NCBI RefSeq assembly: GCF_006345805.1
Contig: NC_043020.1
Coordinates: forward strand, 26,350,001 to 26,414,000
Length of the DNA: 64,000 nucleotides
Origin: Octopus sinensis
Taxonomy: Eukaryota
Direction: 5' to 3'
The notes beneath the pieces were generated by a model. The model did no database searches, was not told where the DNA came from, and saw only the letters and a list, made by a program, of their open reading frames with translations. Each line of letters opens with the position of its first letter. The first letter of the stretch is position 1. The position numbers and the translations under genes were made by a program. Shown piece after piece: positions 52,317-64,000 of this stretch.

Positions 52317-52835
52317 TGTATTTCTCTCTCTCTCTCTCGCCCTTTCTCCTTCTTTCTCTGTCTCTCTTTCTTCTTCTAGCTATTCTGAATGGCATAGAAA
52401 CCAGACAAGATCTCATCTTCATCATCATCATCCTACATCTACTTTCCATGCTAGTATGGTTAGGACGATTTGACCAGGAACCAGCAAGCAGCAGCGCATC
52501 TTTGGTGTGGTTCCTACAGCTTGGTACCCTTCCAAATGCCAACCACTTTACACACGCACACACACACACACTCACATGCAACCAAATCCACCCATAAGGC
52601 TTTGGTCGACCCGACCAAAGCTTCCCAACCACATGGTTCAGTCCCATTGCTTGGTACCTTAGGCAAGTGTCTTCTATAACCCCAGGATCTTGTCTGATTT
52701 GTATGCCATTCAGAATAGCTAGAAGAGGAAAGAGAGAGAGAGGGAGAAAGGGCGAGAGAGAAAGGAAGTGAGAGAAAGGGCAAGAAAGAGAGAGAGAGAG
52801 AAAGGGCAAGAAAGAAAGAGAGAGAGAGAAATACA
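52317..52835. repeat. Inverted duplication (arms ~52317-52412 and ~52686-52835) enclosing SINE fragments
   Basis: tctagctattctgaatggcatagaaaccagacaagatc versus gatcttgtctgatttgtatgccattcagaatagctaga. Confidence 0.9.
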
Positions 52836-54483
52836 ATGCCTTGTGAGTGGAGTTGATAGATAGAAACTGAAAGAAGAATAGGGCGGTGAGCTGGGTGAAT
52901 CGTTAGCACACTGGGCGAAATGCGTAGCCGTATTACGTCTGACGTTACGTTCTGAGTTCAAATTCCACCGAGGTCGACTTTGCCTTTCATCCTTTCGGGG
53001 TCGATAAATTAAGTACCAGTTACGCACTGGGATCGATATAATCGACTTAATCCGTTGGTCTGTCCTTGTTTGTCCTATCTGTGTTTAACCCCTTGTGGGT
53101 AATAAAGAAATAGGTATTTCGTCTGCTGTTACGTTCTGAGTTCAAATTTCGCTGAGGTCAACTTTGCCTTTCATCCTTTTGGAGTCGATTAAATAAGTAC
53201 CAGTTATGCACTGGGGTCGATGTAATCGACTTAATCCCTTTGTCCTTGTTTGTCCCCTCTATGTTTAACCCCTTGTGGGCAATTAAGAAATAAGAACTGA
53301 AAGAAGCCTGTGTGTGTCTTTGGGTCTGTGTTTGTCCCCTTATCCCCCATCACCTCTTGGCAACTAGTGTTGGTGTGTCTATATCCCCATGACTTAGTAG
53401 TTTGGCAAAAGAGACCAATAGAATAAGTACTAGGCTTAATAAAAAAAATATATCCTGGGGTCGATTAGTTTGACTAAAACACTTCAGAGGAGTGCTCCAG
53501 CATGGCCACAGTCAAATGACTGAAACAAGTAAAAGAATAAAAGAACATGTGTCTGTATGCATGTGTATGTGTGTGTGTGTGTCTATGCACGTGTATGTGT
53601 GTGTGTGTGTGTGTCTGTATGCATGTGTGTGTGTGTGTGTGTGTCTGTATGCATGTGTGTGTGTGTGTATGTCCTTACTCCATCTTTGTGTAATTACCGA
53701 ACGCTCTTCCTCGTATTCTCCTTGCCCTTCCACTTATGGCCTACCCCATCCACACATCCACACTTTAGGAAATGCCACACCCAGAATAATAAACTTTCAC
53801 CCCCACCACCATCCCGCAAAATCGCTTCACCTTCCCTGTGCCCCCATTTGCGCCTCGCCTTCTCTTTCCCCACTCGGTGCTTGTCGTCTTGCACCGTTCC
53901 CGGAACTCACAATGATACGCTCCCCTCACCCACCACCACCACCACCATCACCACCACCACCACCACCACCAGGGCCGCCGCCATCACTGCTGCCACCACC
54001 ACCACCACATCACCACCACCACCAGGGCTGTCGCCGCCACCACCATCACCACCACTACTAATATCATCATCATCATCGTCACCACTATATTATCTGTATG
54101 GAACGTGGATGTAACATAGTCATCTGTGTGTGTGTGTGTGTGTCAGTGAATGAATGAATCTGTGTGTGTGTGTGTATTTATGTGTGTGTGTGTGTGTCAG
54201 TGAATGTATAAATCTGTGTATGCGTGTGTATCTGTGTGTATGTTTATGTTTATCTCTTATCTGCGAATGTATGGCATGTGCACGCATGCGTCTGCATGTC
54301 TAAGAATCTTTGTCTCTACATATGTGTGTGTGTGTTGATGTATATAGACACACACTCACACACACACATACATATACACATATACATATGTGGAAATTTT
54401 CTCGGTACCTTGGATCTCTGAAATCTCCCTCAGTTCCAAACAATCCCTGTCCCTATAAATATAGTGATAGATACATTGGTCTA

Positions 54484-54730
54484 GAACAGGAATTCCCAAC
54501 CATTTTTACCTATGGTCCCCTTTGATTACCATTTTATTCATATGGACCCCTATAGCCATTTGATGTCTAAAAACTAGTTATATAAGAACTTCTTTCAAGA
54601 CCCCTATTTTGCTTTTCAAACATTAATGTAAAATGTTAGAGAAAGGAACCTCGCTGTTTCTTGCAAAAAATACCAATACATTCATCTAAAGTAGGGGTTC
54701 TCAACTATTTTTTATCTATGGACCCTTTCG
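54484..54730 (+). mobile_element. hAT-like MITE fragments (TIR CAGGGGTTCTCAAC type)
   Basis: caggaattcccaacc and taggggttctcaac ends; related ends at ~20650, 44575-44592 and 47465. Confidence 0.6.
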
Positions 54731-55047
54731 ATTATTTTGGTGGTGCTCCAGCATGGCCACAGTCAAATGACCAAAAGAAGTAAAAGATAAAAGAAATGAA
54801 TGTAAGATAATGTCAACCTCAGTGGAATTTGAACTCAGAACCTAATGATAGATTAAATGCTGTTAGGCATTTCACCTGGTCTGCTAATGATTCTGCCAGC
54901 GTACCTTTTTAAGTGTCTAATATTGAAAGCAATGGAAGTCATGGAAACCAATTTTTAAAATTTATTTCTATTTATTGTAAATTTTTGGTTGATTATTGTT
55001 GCATATTCTCTGAAGTTCTTACCTGTATTTTTTTGTCTCTTTTACAG

Positions 55048-55130
55048 GTAAGTAAATTTAACGAGATTTTGAAGTTCACAAAGAAGATAAATTCTAAAGA
55101 ACCAAATATAAGGTATTTCACTGATTTTTG
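55048..55130 (+). CDS. Candidate exon (VSKFNEILKFTKKINSKEPNIRYFTDF-W/C) that begins with GTAAGT
   Basis: tatttttttgtctcttttacag acceptor, TG|gtaagt donor (alternative AG|gtattt at 55113); only phase 0 is open. Confidence 0.6.
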
Positions 55131-56399
55131 GTAAGTTTCAAGATGTTGTGTTTAGACTTCAGTCAACACCCCTGTTTAGGTTGACCCACGATGAAAAGCA
55201 TTCATTTCTATAGGCCTGGCTCTGTGGTAAAGGGCTTGCTTCCCAACCACATGGTTTCAGGTTCAATCCTGCTGTGTGGAACTTTGGTCAAGTGTCATTT
55301 GCTAGAGCCTTGGACCAACCAAAACATTGTGAGTGGATTTGGTAGACTGAAACTGAAAGAAGCCTGTCATATATATATATATAATATATATATATTATAT
55401 ATATATATATATACTTACAGGTTGCTATATGTATATATAAATGTATGAATGCCACTATATGTGTATATTAATCCAAAAAAACGGAACAAAAATATAATGG
55501 ACAACAATGAAAACATATGGACAGATGGATGATACAGAGACGGACAGGAAAATCAGGACGGAACATTCGTGGCTTTCTATTCATCAGTCAAGTTTCCAAT
55601 TATCACTACAGTTTCTAATGTAAAGGATCTAATGACTGAAACAAGTAAAAGGTAAACAACACACACACACACAAAAAGCTCCCACTACACTCATGGAGTG
55701 GTTGGCGTTAGGAAGAGCATCCAGCCCTAGAAACATTGACAGATCAGACTGGGCCTGGTGCAGCCTTCTGGCTTCCCAGACCCCAGTTGAATCGTCCAAA
55801 CCCATGCCAGCTTGGAAAGTGGACGCTAAATGATGATGATGATGATGTGTGTGTGTGTATATGTTTGTGTTTGCCAAATTCATTCGCAAAGCATTGGTCA
55901 GTCCGTGGGGTGGGGATAGGGGTGAGGAGGGCTAAAGTAGAAGACACTTGCCCGAGGTGCTGAGCACAGACTGGGACTCGAACCCCAAAAGCCATGCGGT
56001 TTGAATTGAAAAAAAGAAAGAAAGAAAATAAGCAAGCTACTTCACCACGCAGCCATGTTCCCGTTCCTGTTGTCAGAATCTGGTTGGAAGCTGGGTGTGG
56101 GGACTGCCGGGGGTGGGTGGTGGGATGGACACGATGCATCTGTGCATAGGAATGGCACGGCGGCAGACGATGGCAATGGCAGCGGCATTGCTGGGCTGGC
56201 AGATGGAGAGAACACAGCGAGTGGATAGGAATGATGGCTGCGTGTTGAGAGAGAGGGCAGAGGAGAGGGGTGCAGTGGTGTTGCTTGAAAATTTTGGATT
56301 TTGACAGAATTTCCTATTATGGTTTCATTTGTTCTTTCTTTCTTTCTTTCTTTGTTTCCACTCTTTCCTCTAACTCTCCCACACCCCCCTCCGACGAAC

Positions 56400-56971
56400 A
56401 CTGCTCTCTTCATGACCGGTACCACCATCACCACCACCACCACACCACCATCATCGTTGTTGTTATCGTTTTCAATATCGTGATTGTTGTTATGGTTCGT
56501 CATTGGCGTCATCATTTGCATCATTGTCATCATCATCACCATCACCACCACCATCATCATCATTATCAGCACCATTCCACCCCACCCCACAACTATTACT
56601 GCCACCTCCACCACCACCACCCACCACCATCCACATTATCATCATCATCAGAGTTGTTGAGCTCTTTGTCATCATCATCACCACCACCATCATCATCAGC
56701 ATCAAACACCATCATCATCAGTAGTATCATCATCATCATCATCAATGTTGTCATTGTTAATATCACAATTGTTCTCATCATTGTTCATCATCTTCATTTT
56801 CATCTTCCTGACTTCATCATCGTTATCTTCGTTATCATCTCATCATCTCACAAGCCATTACCTACCAACCATCATGCTTAATAATTATTTCTTAATTGGT
56901 ACTTTTTTCTTTTGTCAACTCAGCTGTTTCTTATAAATGCGTGTGCTCATATCTATATATCTCTCTAACTA

Positions 56972-57029
<58 letters not shown>

Positions 57030-57037
57030 CCTATCTC

Positions 57038-57068
<31 letters not shown>

Positions 57069-57117
57069 CTATCAATCTACCTATCTCTATCTATCTATCT
57101 ATTTATCTACCTATCTC

Positions 57118-57148
<31 letters not shown>

Positions 57149-57177
57149 CTATCTACCTATCTCTACCTACCTATCTC

Positions 57178-57208
<31 letters not shown>

Positions 57209-57249
57209 CTCTATCTACCTATCTCTATCTATCTCTCTCTCTCTCTCTC

Positions 57250-57282
<33 letters not shown>

Positions 57283-57316
57283 CATACATACATACATAGA
57301 TACATGCATACATACA

Positions 57317-57349
<33 letters not shown>

Positions 57350-57360
57350 GCATGTATGTA
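56400..57360. repeat. (CAT/CAC)n followed by (TATC)n and (TACA)n microsatellites
   Basis: Directly visible. Confidence 0.93.
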
Positions 57361-57556
57361 TGTATCTATGGATGAATGGATGACTGTACATGTATATATA
57401 TGTGTGTGTGTGTGTACCTATGTATGTATGTATGGATGGATGGATAGATGAGTGTATATGAATGTATATATATTTGTGTGTGTATGTATTATGCATATGT
57501 TTATTCACTGAGTATGTATTTCTTTCTCCTCCTATATTAACTCATTCAGATGCGTA

Positions 57557-57589
<33 letters not shown>

Positions 57590-58185
57590 GTAAACATGTA
57601 TGTGCATGTGGAATATATATATAGATATATACACACACACACATGCACACATGCACAAGTGTATAAAAACAGATGTGCCTAATCACCGTCCCCCTCTCCA
57701 ACCAAACTTACATCCACACATATACCCATTTTTCTGTCTATCTATCTAACTCTGTCTATATCAATCTGTCTACAAAACTACATACACACACACACACACT
57801 GTTTGTGTACTTATTTCTGTCTCTCTATGCATCTGTCTTTTCATCTCTCTCTCTCTCTCTCCCACCATGTATGTGTGTATCTACATGTATTTATCTGTCT
57901 GTCTGTCACTATCTCTCTCTCCATACACACACACACACACACACACACTCACACACATACTCTCACATTATCTATCTCTCTCTATATATATACACTCGCA
58001 TATCTATCTGTACATCTCTCCGATTGTCCATTTGTCAATCTACCTATCTATCTACCTACCTACCTACCTATCTATCTATCTATCCTACCTATTATCTATC
58101 TATCTATCAATCATCCATCCAGTTGTCTACATACGCCCCTACCTACCTACGTATGTATGTATGTATGTATGTATCTATGTATCTA

Positions 58186-58219
<34 letters not shown>

Positions 58220-59365
58220 CCTATCTGTCTACCTATCTGTCTATATATCTATATATATATATATGTATATCTACCTATCTGTCTACCTATCCATCCATCC
58301 ATCCATCCACACATAAGCATACTAACACACATGTATATACAGTGTGTATTTGGACACATGTGTATGTACATGTGTGTGAATCTGTTTGCAGATACATGGA
58401 ATCAAAGAGATGCCTGTATGGGGCGGATAGTGGGGGGTGGGGTTCAAGAAGGTTGGAGGTGCCAGCGTGATATCAGAATGAAGAGGGTCTGTGAGCAAGA
58501 AGCCAAGGAAAGAAAAAGAAGGAAGGAAGGAAAGAAGGAAGGCAGGCAGAACAATGTGGAGGGTGGGTTATGATGTCTTCGAGGGAGGAGGGTCAGAGGA
58601 TGGTGTTGGTGGGTGTGTGGGTGGCATCTGTGGAGGAAACTGGGGTGGTGAAACTAACATTACGTGAGTGCCCCAACCCTTTCTCCTTACCCTGCTGCTG
58701 CCCCCACCACTACTGAAATTTCTCCGTTCAGCCTCTTTCCTTCCACCACCATCTTCTTTTGAGCCATCTCATCCTTTCTGTTCTGTTGTTAAGCGCTGCT
58801 AGATAAATGGTGATGTCACAAGGGTTGGGGGAGGGTATGTGTGTATTTGTATATTCATGTGTGTGTGTGTGTGTGTGTGTGTGTTTGTAAGTTCTTCCAC
58901 AGCAAAAATTTAAAATAGAAAATATTTTGGTTTTTTATTTTTTTTTTCCGTTTTCAAAAAGCAAACAAAAATTGCAGAGTACGTGAATGTGTTGCTCCAG
59001 AATGGTCTTCACTGCGATGATGAAAACAAGTTGAGAAGCAAAGAGAGAGCAGATAAGGGTGGGTGAGCAATTAAAACAAGAATGAAATATATATATATAA
59101 AAAAAACGAAAATATATAGAAAAAAACTATCCTGATATTCTATCATTACGAGGATGGCTTGTGCGGTTAAGAACATTGCTTCCCCACCATGTGGATTTGG
59201 GTTCAGTCCCATGGTATGGCACCTTGGGTGAGTATCTTCTAAGATAGCTCAGGGCTGATCAGGTCCTTGTGAGTGGATTTGGTTGATGGAAACTGAAAGA
59301 AACCCATCATATATATATATATTTTCCTATATGTCTTCCCTTCTCTGGATCTTTCCTTCTCCTAT

Positions 59366-59400
59366 GTTTCTGACGTAGAGCTCCGCTCGAAACGTTAAAC
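59366..59400 (+). ncRNA. Minimal hammerhead motif, one core substitution (A9U)
   Basis: GTTT-CTGACGT-A-GAGC-TCC-GCTC-GAAA-CG-TT-AAAC. Confidence 0.65.
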
Positions 59401-59664
59401 CCTCCTTCTTTCCTGAGCGTCCAATAACTATATTTGTTCCACGTCCTCGCGTCGTTGTGGTTTTTTTTGTGCTTTCTTGTTTGGATTAACTATATATATA
59501 TATATTATATATATATATCTATATAATAGTGAATTGAAGAAATGGGTTGACGAAGATTGGACAGAAAATCGTTTTTTTATTGCATTCTACATACACGGTT
59601 CGAAAGCCACAATTTACCCAATTTCCGATTGAATAAGGAGACCATATTGTGTCTTTCTCTTCAG

Positions 59665-59682
59665 GAAGAAATAGCTACCAAG
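59665..59682 (+). CDS. Candidate microexon or terminal exon (EEIATK in phase 0; W-KK* if joined to 55130)
   Basis: gtgtctttctcttcag acceptor, AAG|gtatcg donor. Confidence 0.3.
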
Positions 59683-59984
59683 GTATCGGTTAAACTTTTG
59701 ATTAATCTGCAACAAGATTATTCATCTTTCTATTTCACAAAATATATATATGTGTGTGAAAATAATCCAGGGAAAATAATCCAGGATCCTTGTCCGGTAC
59801 TGGATCAATCCCAAAATCTAATCATTTCTTGCCAGTTACAAGACCAAACATCTCTGAAAGTTTCATCCAAATCCATCGATAACAATACCTCTGCCTTAGT
59901 GAAGGTGGAGGTAATAAATGCCATGATGCAGTACCAGGCAGTGGCTCTCGTGGTTTCTGATCTTAACTGATTGGAAGTGTTATC

Positions 59985-60515
59985 ATGTACATTGTTTTGT
60001 CTTGGTATAAAAAATGGGCTATAGTAAATATTCTGCTCAATACCACAGATTTGCTTGTCACTTGCTTGACCTTAACCAGTTGAGCATGTCCCTTCGTGAC
60101 TGACGATATGTGCATCTCTGATCACGAGCAGAAGTAGTGGGGGAGCATCATAGCCATGTGTTGAAAGGAATTCTTTGGGGTTTGAATAATTCACCTCTGG
60201 AAACATGGGTGTTTCGTTCAGTATCCTTAAACAACCCCTATCTGAAGACCTTTTGAATGGGATGGGTTATTCAACCAGAAGAAAATTCCAACTGGGCCCC
60301 ACCTACAAGGTCATGCACTGTTTATCTTGATATGAGATCACCATGTTGCGCACATATGGTGTGATGCATGTGCCTATGGTATCCTTATCAGATGGGTAGT
60401 CATGATGGGTATACTGGGCTTTGTATATTTGTAACCCAATGTCACTTTGATGGCATGCACTGCTCTCTCACTCAATAATAATAATAATAACAATAATAAT
60501 AATAATAATAATAAT
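59985..60515 (+). mobile_element. Non-coding retroelement-like repeat with an (AAT)n tail
   Basis: About 490 bp of mixed sequence ending ctctctcactc(AAT)n. The family is inferred from recall of Octopus repeats. Confidence 0.55.
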
Positions 60516-61100
60516 ATCTATCCTTGAGTAGAGCTAATAACATCAATAACAGACAAGAGCATCGACATGTTTTACTAATTGTGTGTGTGGTGTGTATGTG
60601 TGTGTATGGGGGCTACATGCATCTTTGTATATATTTTAGGTGTGTGTGTGTATATATGTTAGCATGTATGTATGTAAGCACCTGTGTGTGACTCTGATGT
60701 GTGTACACATATATGAGTAATTGTACGTGTGTGAGCATGTGTATAAGAATGTGTAGATATGTAGGTAATTAGGTGTGTGTATATACATACATATATGTGT
60801 GTGTGTGTGTGTGAATGTGTTTAGGCACGTGTGTCTGCTTGTTTGTTTTATAATTCACCTTGAAAAGTAATTTCAAATTTAATTTATATTACACCTGATC
60901 TGTCTGCCTGCCTATCTATCTGTCTGTCTGTCTGTCTGTATATATATATATATATATATGCATGTCCAGGTATTTATATAGATATCTCTGTCTATCTATC
61001 TATCTATCTATCTGTCTGTCTGTCTGTCTGTCTATATATATATATATAGAGAGAGAGAGATATCTGCCCATCTATCTGTCTGTGTATGTATGTATGTATG

Positions 61101-61139
<39 letters not shown>

Positions 61140-61186
61140 GTCCATGTATTTATATAGATATCTCTGTCTATCTATCTATCTATCTA

Positions 61187-61229
<43 letters not shown>

Positions 61230-62109
61230 ACATAGTTGCATGTTCCTGTATTATATATATAGATATCTCCATTTATCTATCTATCTATCCATCCATCCAT
61301 CCACCTACCCACCCAGCATATACTCACGTACAAGATCCACCCCTAATTTTGGGTTAAATCCTGCTGCAAAATGGTTTCCCCTCTCACAGTTTAAACCTCG
61401 CCCGGTGCATAAATAAGTCACACCCCCAGTTTTCTTTTTTCTTTTTTTTTCATCTGTAAAAATCAAATATAAAAACAATGTGACTAATACAAGAATAAAT
61501 ACAACATAGTAATTTAAGAACAGTCTGTCAAAACTGGAGGCAGGGCCTCACATCAGTGGAGGGGGGGGCGGTTCTGGTCTGCTGTAAAACTGTCGAGAGT
61601 AAGGCCCCAAAATGACACACATTCTCTCTAGATGACTCCTGAAACCTTCAAGAATTGGAATCTGGTTTGCAGACTTTTTGACTGACTGCTTTTGCACTGG
61701 CTGTTTCCAAGTTTCTCTTTCTCTCTCTCTCTGTATATATAAACGAATATGCATATAATGGACTCTCCCGTTGTTAGATGACGTATGAGGGTTCGACAAT
61801 CCCTTACCGAACAACCACACTGATGATTTGTTTATAGTGATCGAATGTTTGTGATCACGTAAGCTAACTCCTTTCATCAAATTGACATTACCTGTACAGG
61901 TGCAACTGGGGGGGGGGGGCACGTGTCTGGTGTTGAAATGATCGCAGAGCAATGTGAAATGAAGTGCTTTAATCACGAACATAATGCAATGCCCGGTCTG
62001 GGAATTGAACCCACGGTCTCACAATCATGAGTGCAACACCCTAACCACTAAGCCATGTGCCTTCACAATATATATATATATACACACACACACGCACATA
62101 TATACATCA

Positions 62110-62410
62110 AATGCAACATCGCTTGACAACCGATGCTGGTGTGTTTAGGTCCCCGTAACTTAGTGGTTCAGCAAAAGAGACCGACAAAATAAGTACTAGG
62201 CTTACAAAGAATAAGTCCTGGGGTTGATTTGATTCGACTAAAGGCGGTGCTCCAGCATGGCCACAATCAAATGACTGAAGCAAGTAAAAGAGTAAAAGAG
62301 TATATATACAGGGTGCAATGAGTAATTTGTCCTGGGGTTGATTTGATTCGACTAAAGGTGGTGCTCCAGCATGGCCGCAGTCAAATGACTGAAACAAGTA
62401 AAAGAATAAA
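62110..62410 (+). mobile_element. Family A SINE 3' half with a duplicated tail
   Basis: gtcctggggttgatttgattcgactaaagg...cagcatggcc occurs twice. Confidence 0.85.
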
Positions 62411-62595
62411 ACGAAAGCAAGAATCATCCGACGATGGAAACAATTTAAAATCATTCTTTTGGTCCACCGAACAGCTTTTGGATTTGTAAAACTCTTCTTT
62501 GACCCCTTTTTAATCCCCTATATCATTTCTATTCTCGGCAGTTTGGACCTTTTTGTATGTAAACATACATATTTTTGTTTGTGCTTAATGTATTT

Positions 62596-63074
62596 ACCGA
62601 GATGGTGTCAGCTCTTCTGGTGACGTTGATGTTCGCCTGGGGCTAAATGCATCAGTAACACACCCACCACCCCGCCCTGACCCTAGCCACATTCAGATGG
62701 CTGATCCCCCTTATGTTATAGAGCAGTTACTGTTTATATCTCGCTCAGAGATTTATTATTGTTTTCGAACGGTTTTTCTACATCAGTGACTGTGTTTACT
62801 GTCAAAATCCTTATATATATGGCCTGTAGAGAGAGTCATTCGTCGGAGAACGGTGCTTACCATGTGTTGACAAGAGGCAATAACCTCGAAACCGGTCTGT
62901 ATGTAGTATCCGTATCTTCGGGGAGGCTGATCTCCCTTTGCAGGCGGGCAAGGGACACCGAGATGGTGTCAGCTCTTCTGGTGATGTTGATGTTCGCCTG
63001 GGGCTAAATGCATCAGTAACACCACCCCGCCCTGTCCCTAGCCACATTCAGATGGCTGATCCCCCTTATGTTAT
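62596..63074 (+). mobile_element. Retrozyme/Penelope-pLTR-like element: a ~361-bp unit plus a ~120-bp partial repeat, with a hammerhead motif
   Basis: Direct repeats at 62596-62719 and 62957-63074; hammerhead at 62861-62903. Confidence 0.7.
62861..62903 (+). ncRNA. Complete type I minimal hammerhead ribozyme motif (U3-A8 variant, GUC cleavage site)
   Basis: CATGTG-TTGACAA-GAGG-CAATAA-CCTC-GAAA-CCGG-TC-TGTATG. Stem II has 4 bp, stem III is palindromic (ACCGGT), and stem I has 3 WC + 3 GU pairs. Confidence 0.72.
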
Positions 63075-63199
63075 TTAATATTCCTTTTATATCAAAGCTG
63101 CCTAACCTTGCATAGCCTTACATTTACTTCTCTGTCGACTCAATTTTAAACCTCTTCACCACTGCTAAGTGTATTCTGTACGAAGAATATCTGATTATC

Positions 63200-63886
63200 A
63201 TCTATGAACTGTGTGTGTATGTATATATATATATATATGTTTATATGTATATATGTATATATATATATGTATATACAAAAACATATATATATACATATAA
63301 ACTATGTATATATAATATATTATATATATTATATATATATATATATCTATGTATGTATGTTATGGTCTATATATGATATACGCAAACATATATATATATA
63401 TACATATAAACATATGTATATATATATATGTATGTATGTATGTATGTATATATATATATATGTATGTATATATATATTATGTATGTATATATATATATAT
63501 GTATGTATATATATATATAGTATGTAATATATATATGTATGTATGTATGTATGTATATTATATGTAATGTATGTATGAATATGTATGTATGTATGTATAT
63601 ATATATGTATGTATGTATATGATGTATGTGTATGTATGTATATATATATATGTATGTATGTATATATATATATATGTAATGTATATATATATATATGTAT
63701 GTATGCAATATATATATATGTATGTATATATATATATGTATATATATATATGTATGTCTATATTATGTATGTAGTATATAATGTATGTATATATATATAT
63801 ATGTATGTATGTATATATATATGTATGTTATATATATATATGTAATGTATATATATATATATATATGATGTATATGGTATGTATAT

Positions 63887-63922
<36 letters not shown>

Positions 63923-64000
63923 TATATATATTGTATGTATATATATATATGGTATGTATATATATATGTATGCATATATATATATGTATGTATATATGTA
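63200..64000. repeat. (TA/TATG)n microsatellite
   Basis: Directly visible. Confidence 0.97.

Noticed and set aside
59530-59635. Protein-like open frame ELKKWVDEDWTENRFFIAFYIHG, phase-compatible with 55130
   Set aside because: The acceptor is in a (TA)n tail with no pyrimidine tract and there is no convincing donor; it may be repeat-derived.
8665-62410. tRNA genes
   Set aside because: The tRNA-like A/B boxes are SINE heads that continue into SINE bodies; no complete cloverleaf was found.
32-64000. The many long ORFs rich in Y/I/C/V/H/T/L/S/D/M in the supplied track
   Set aside because: They are translations of (TA), (CA), (TATC), (CT), (CAT) and (GAT) microsatellites, with no domain signal.

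Overview
This is a repeat-saturated, AT-rich eukaryotic genomic window. Its SINE families and dense microsatellites closely resemble an Octopus (coleoid cephalopod) genome; that assignment comes from repeat recognition only. Almost every ORF in the supplied track is a translation of microsatellite or low-complexity DNA and is not a gene. Four SINE-like families occur in many copies. There are decayed RTE, R4/Dong-like (RLE), Helitron-helicase and mariner fragments, several MITEs/foldback elements, and a fixed 100-N scaffold gap at 40388-40487. Small unique islands carry splice-signal-bounded, open candidate exons on the + strand (best: 39277-39324, 41219-41303, 55048-55130, 37533-37631). These suggest a long-intron gene that I cannot name or assemble unambiguously. 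Three observations stand out. (1) A ~361-bp tandem, retrozyme/Penelope-pLTR-like unit at 62596-63074 contains a complete minimal hammerhead ribozyme motif. (2) A dispersed family of short elements ending in (TA)n carries covarying hammerhead motifs (six near-complete copies plus partial ones). (3) Two strong acceptors are immediately followed by GTAAGT, the signature of recursive splice sites. Long foldback elements that could form dsRNA for ADAR are also present.
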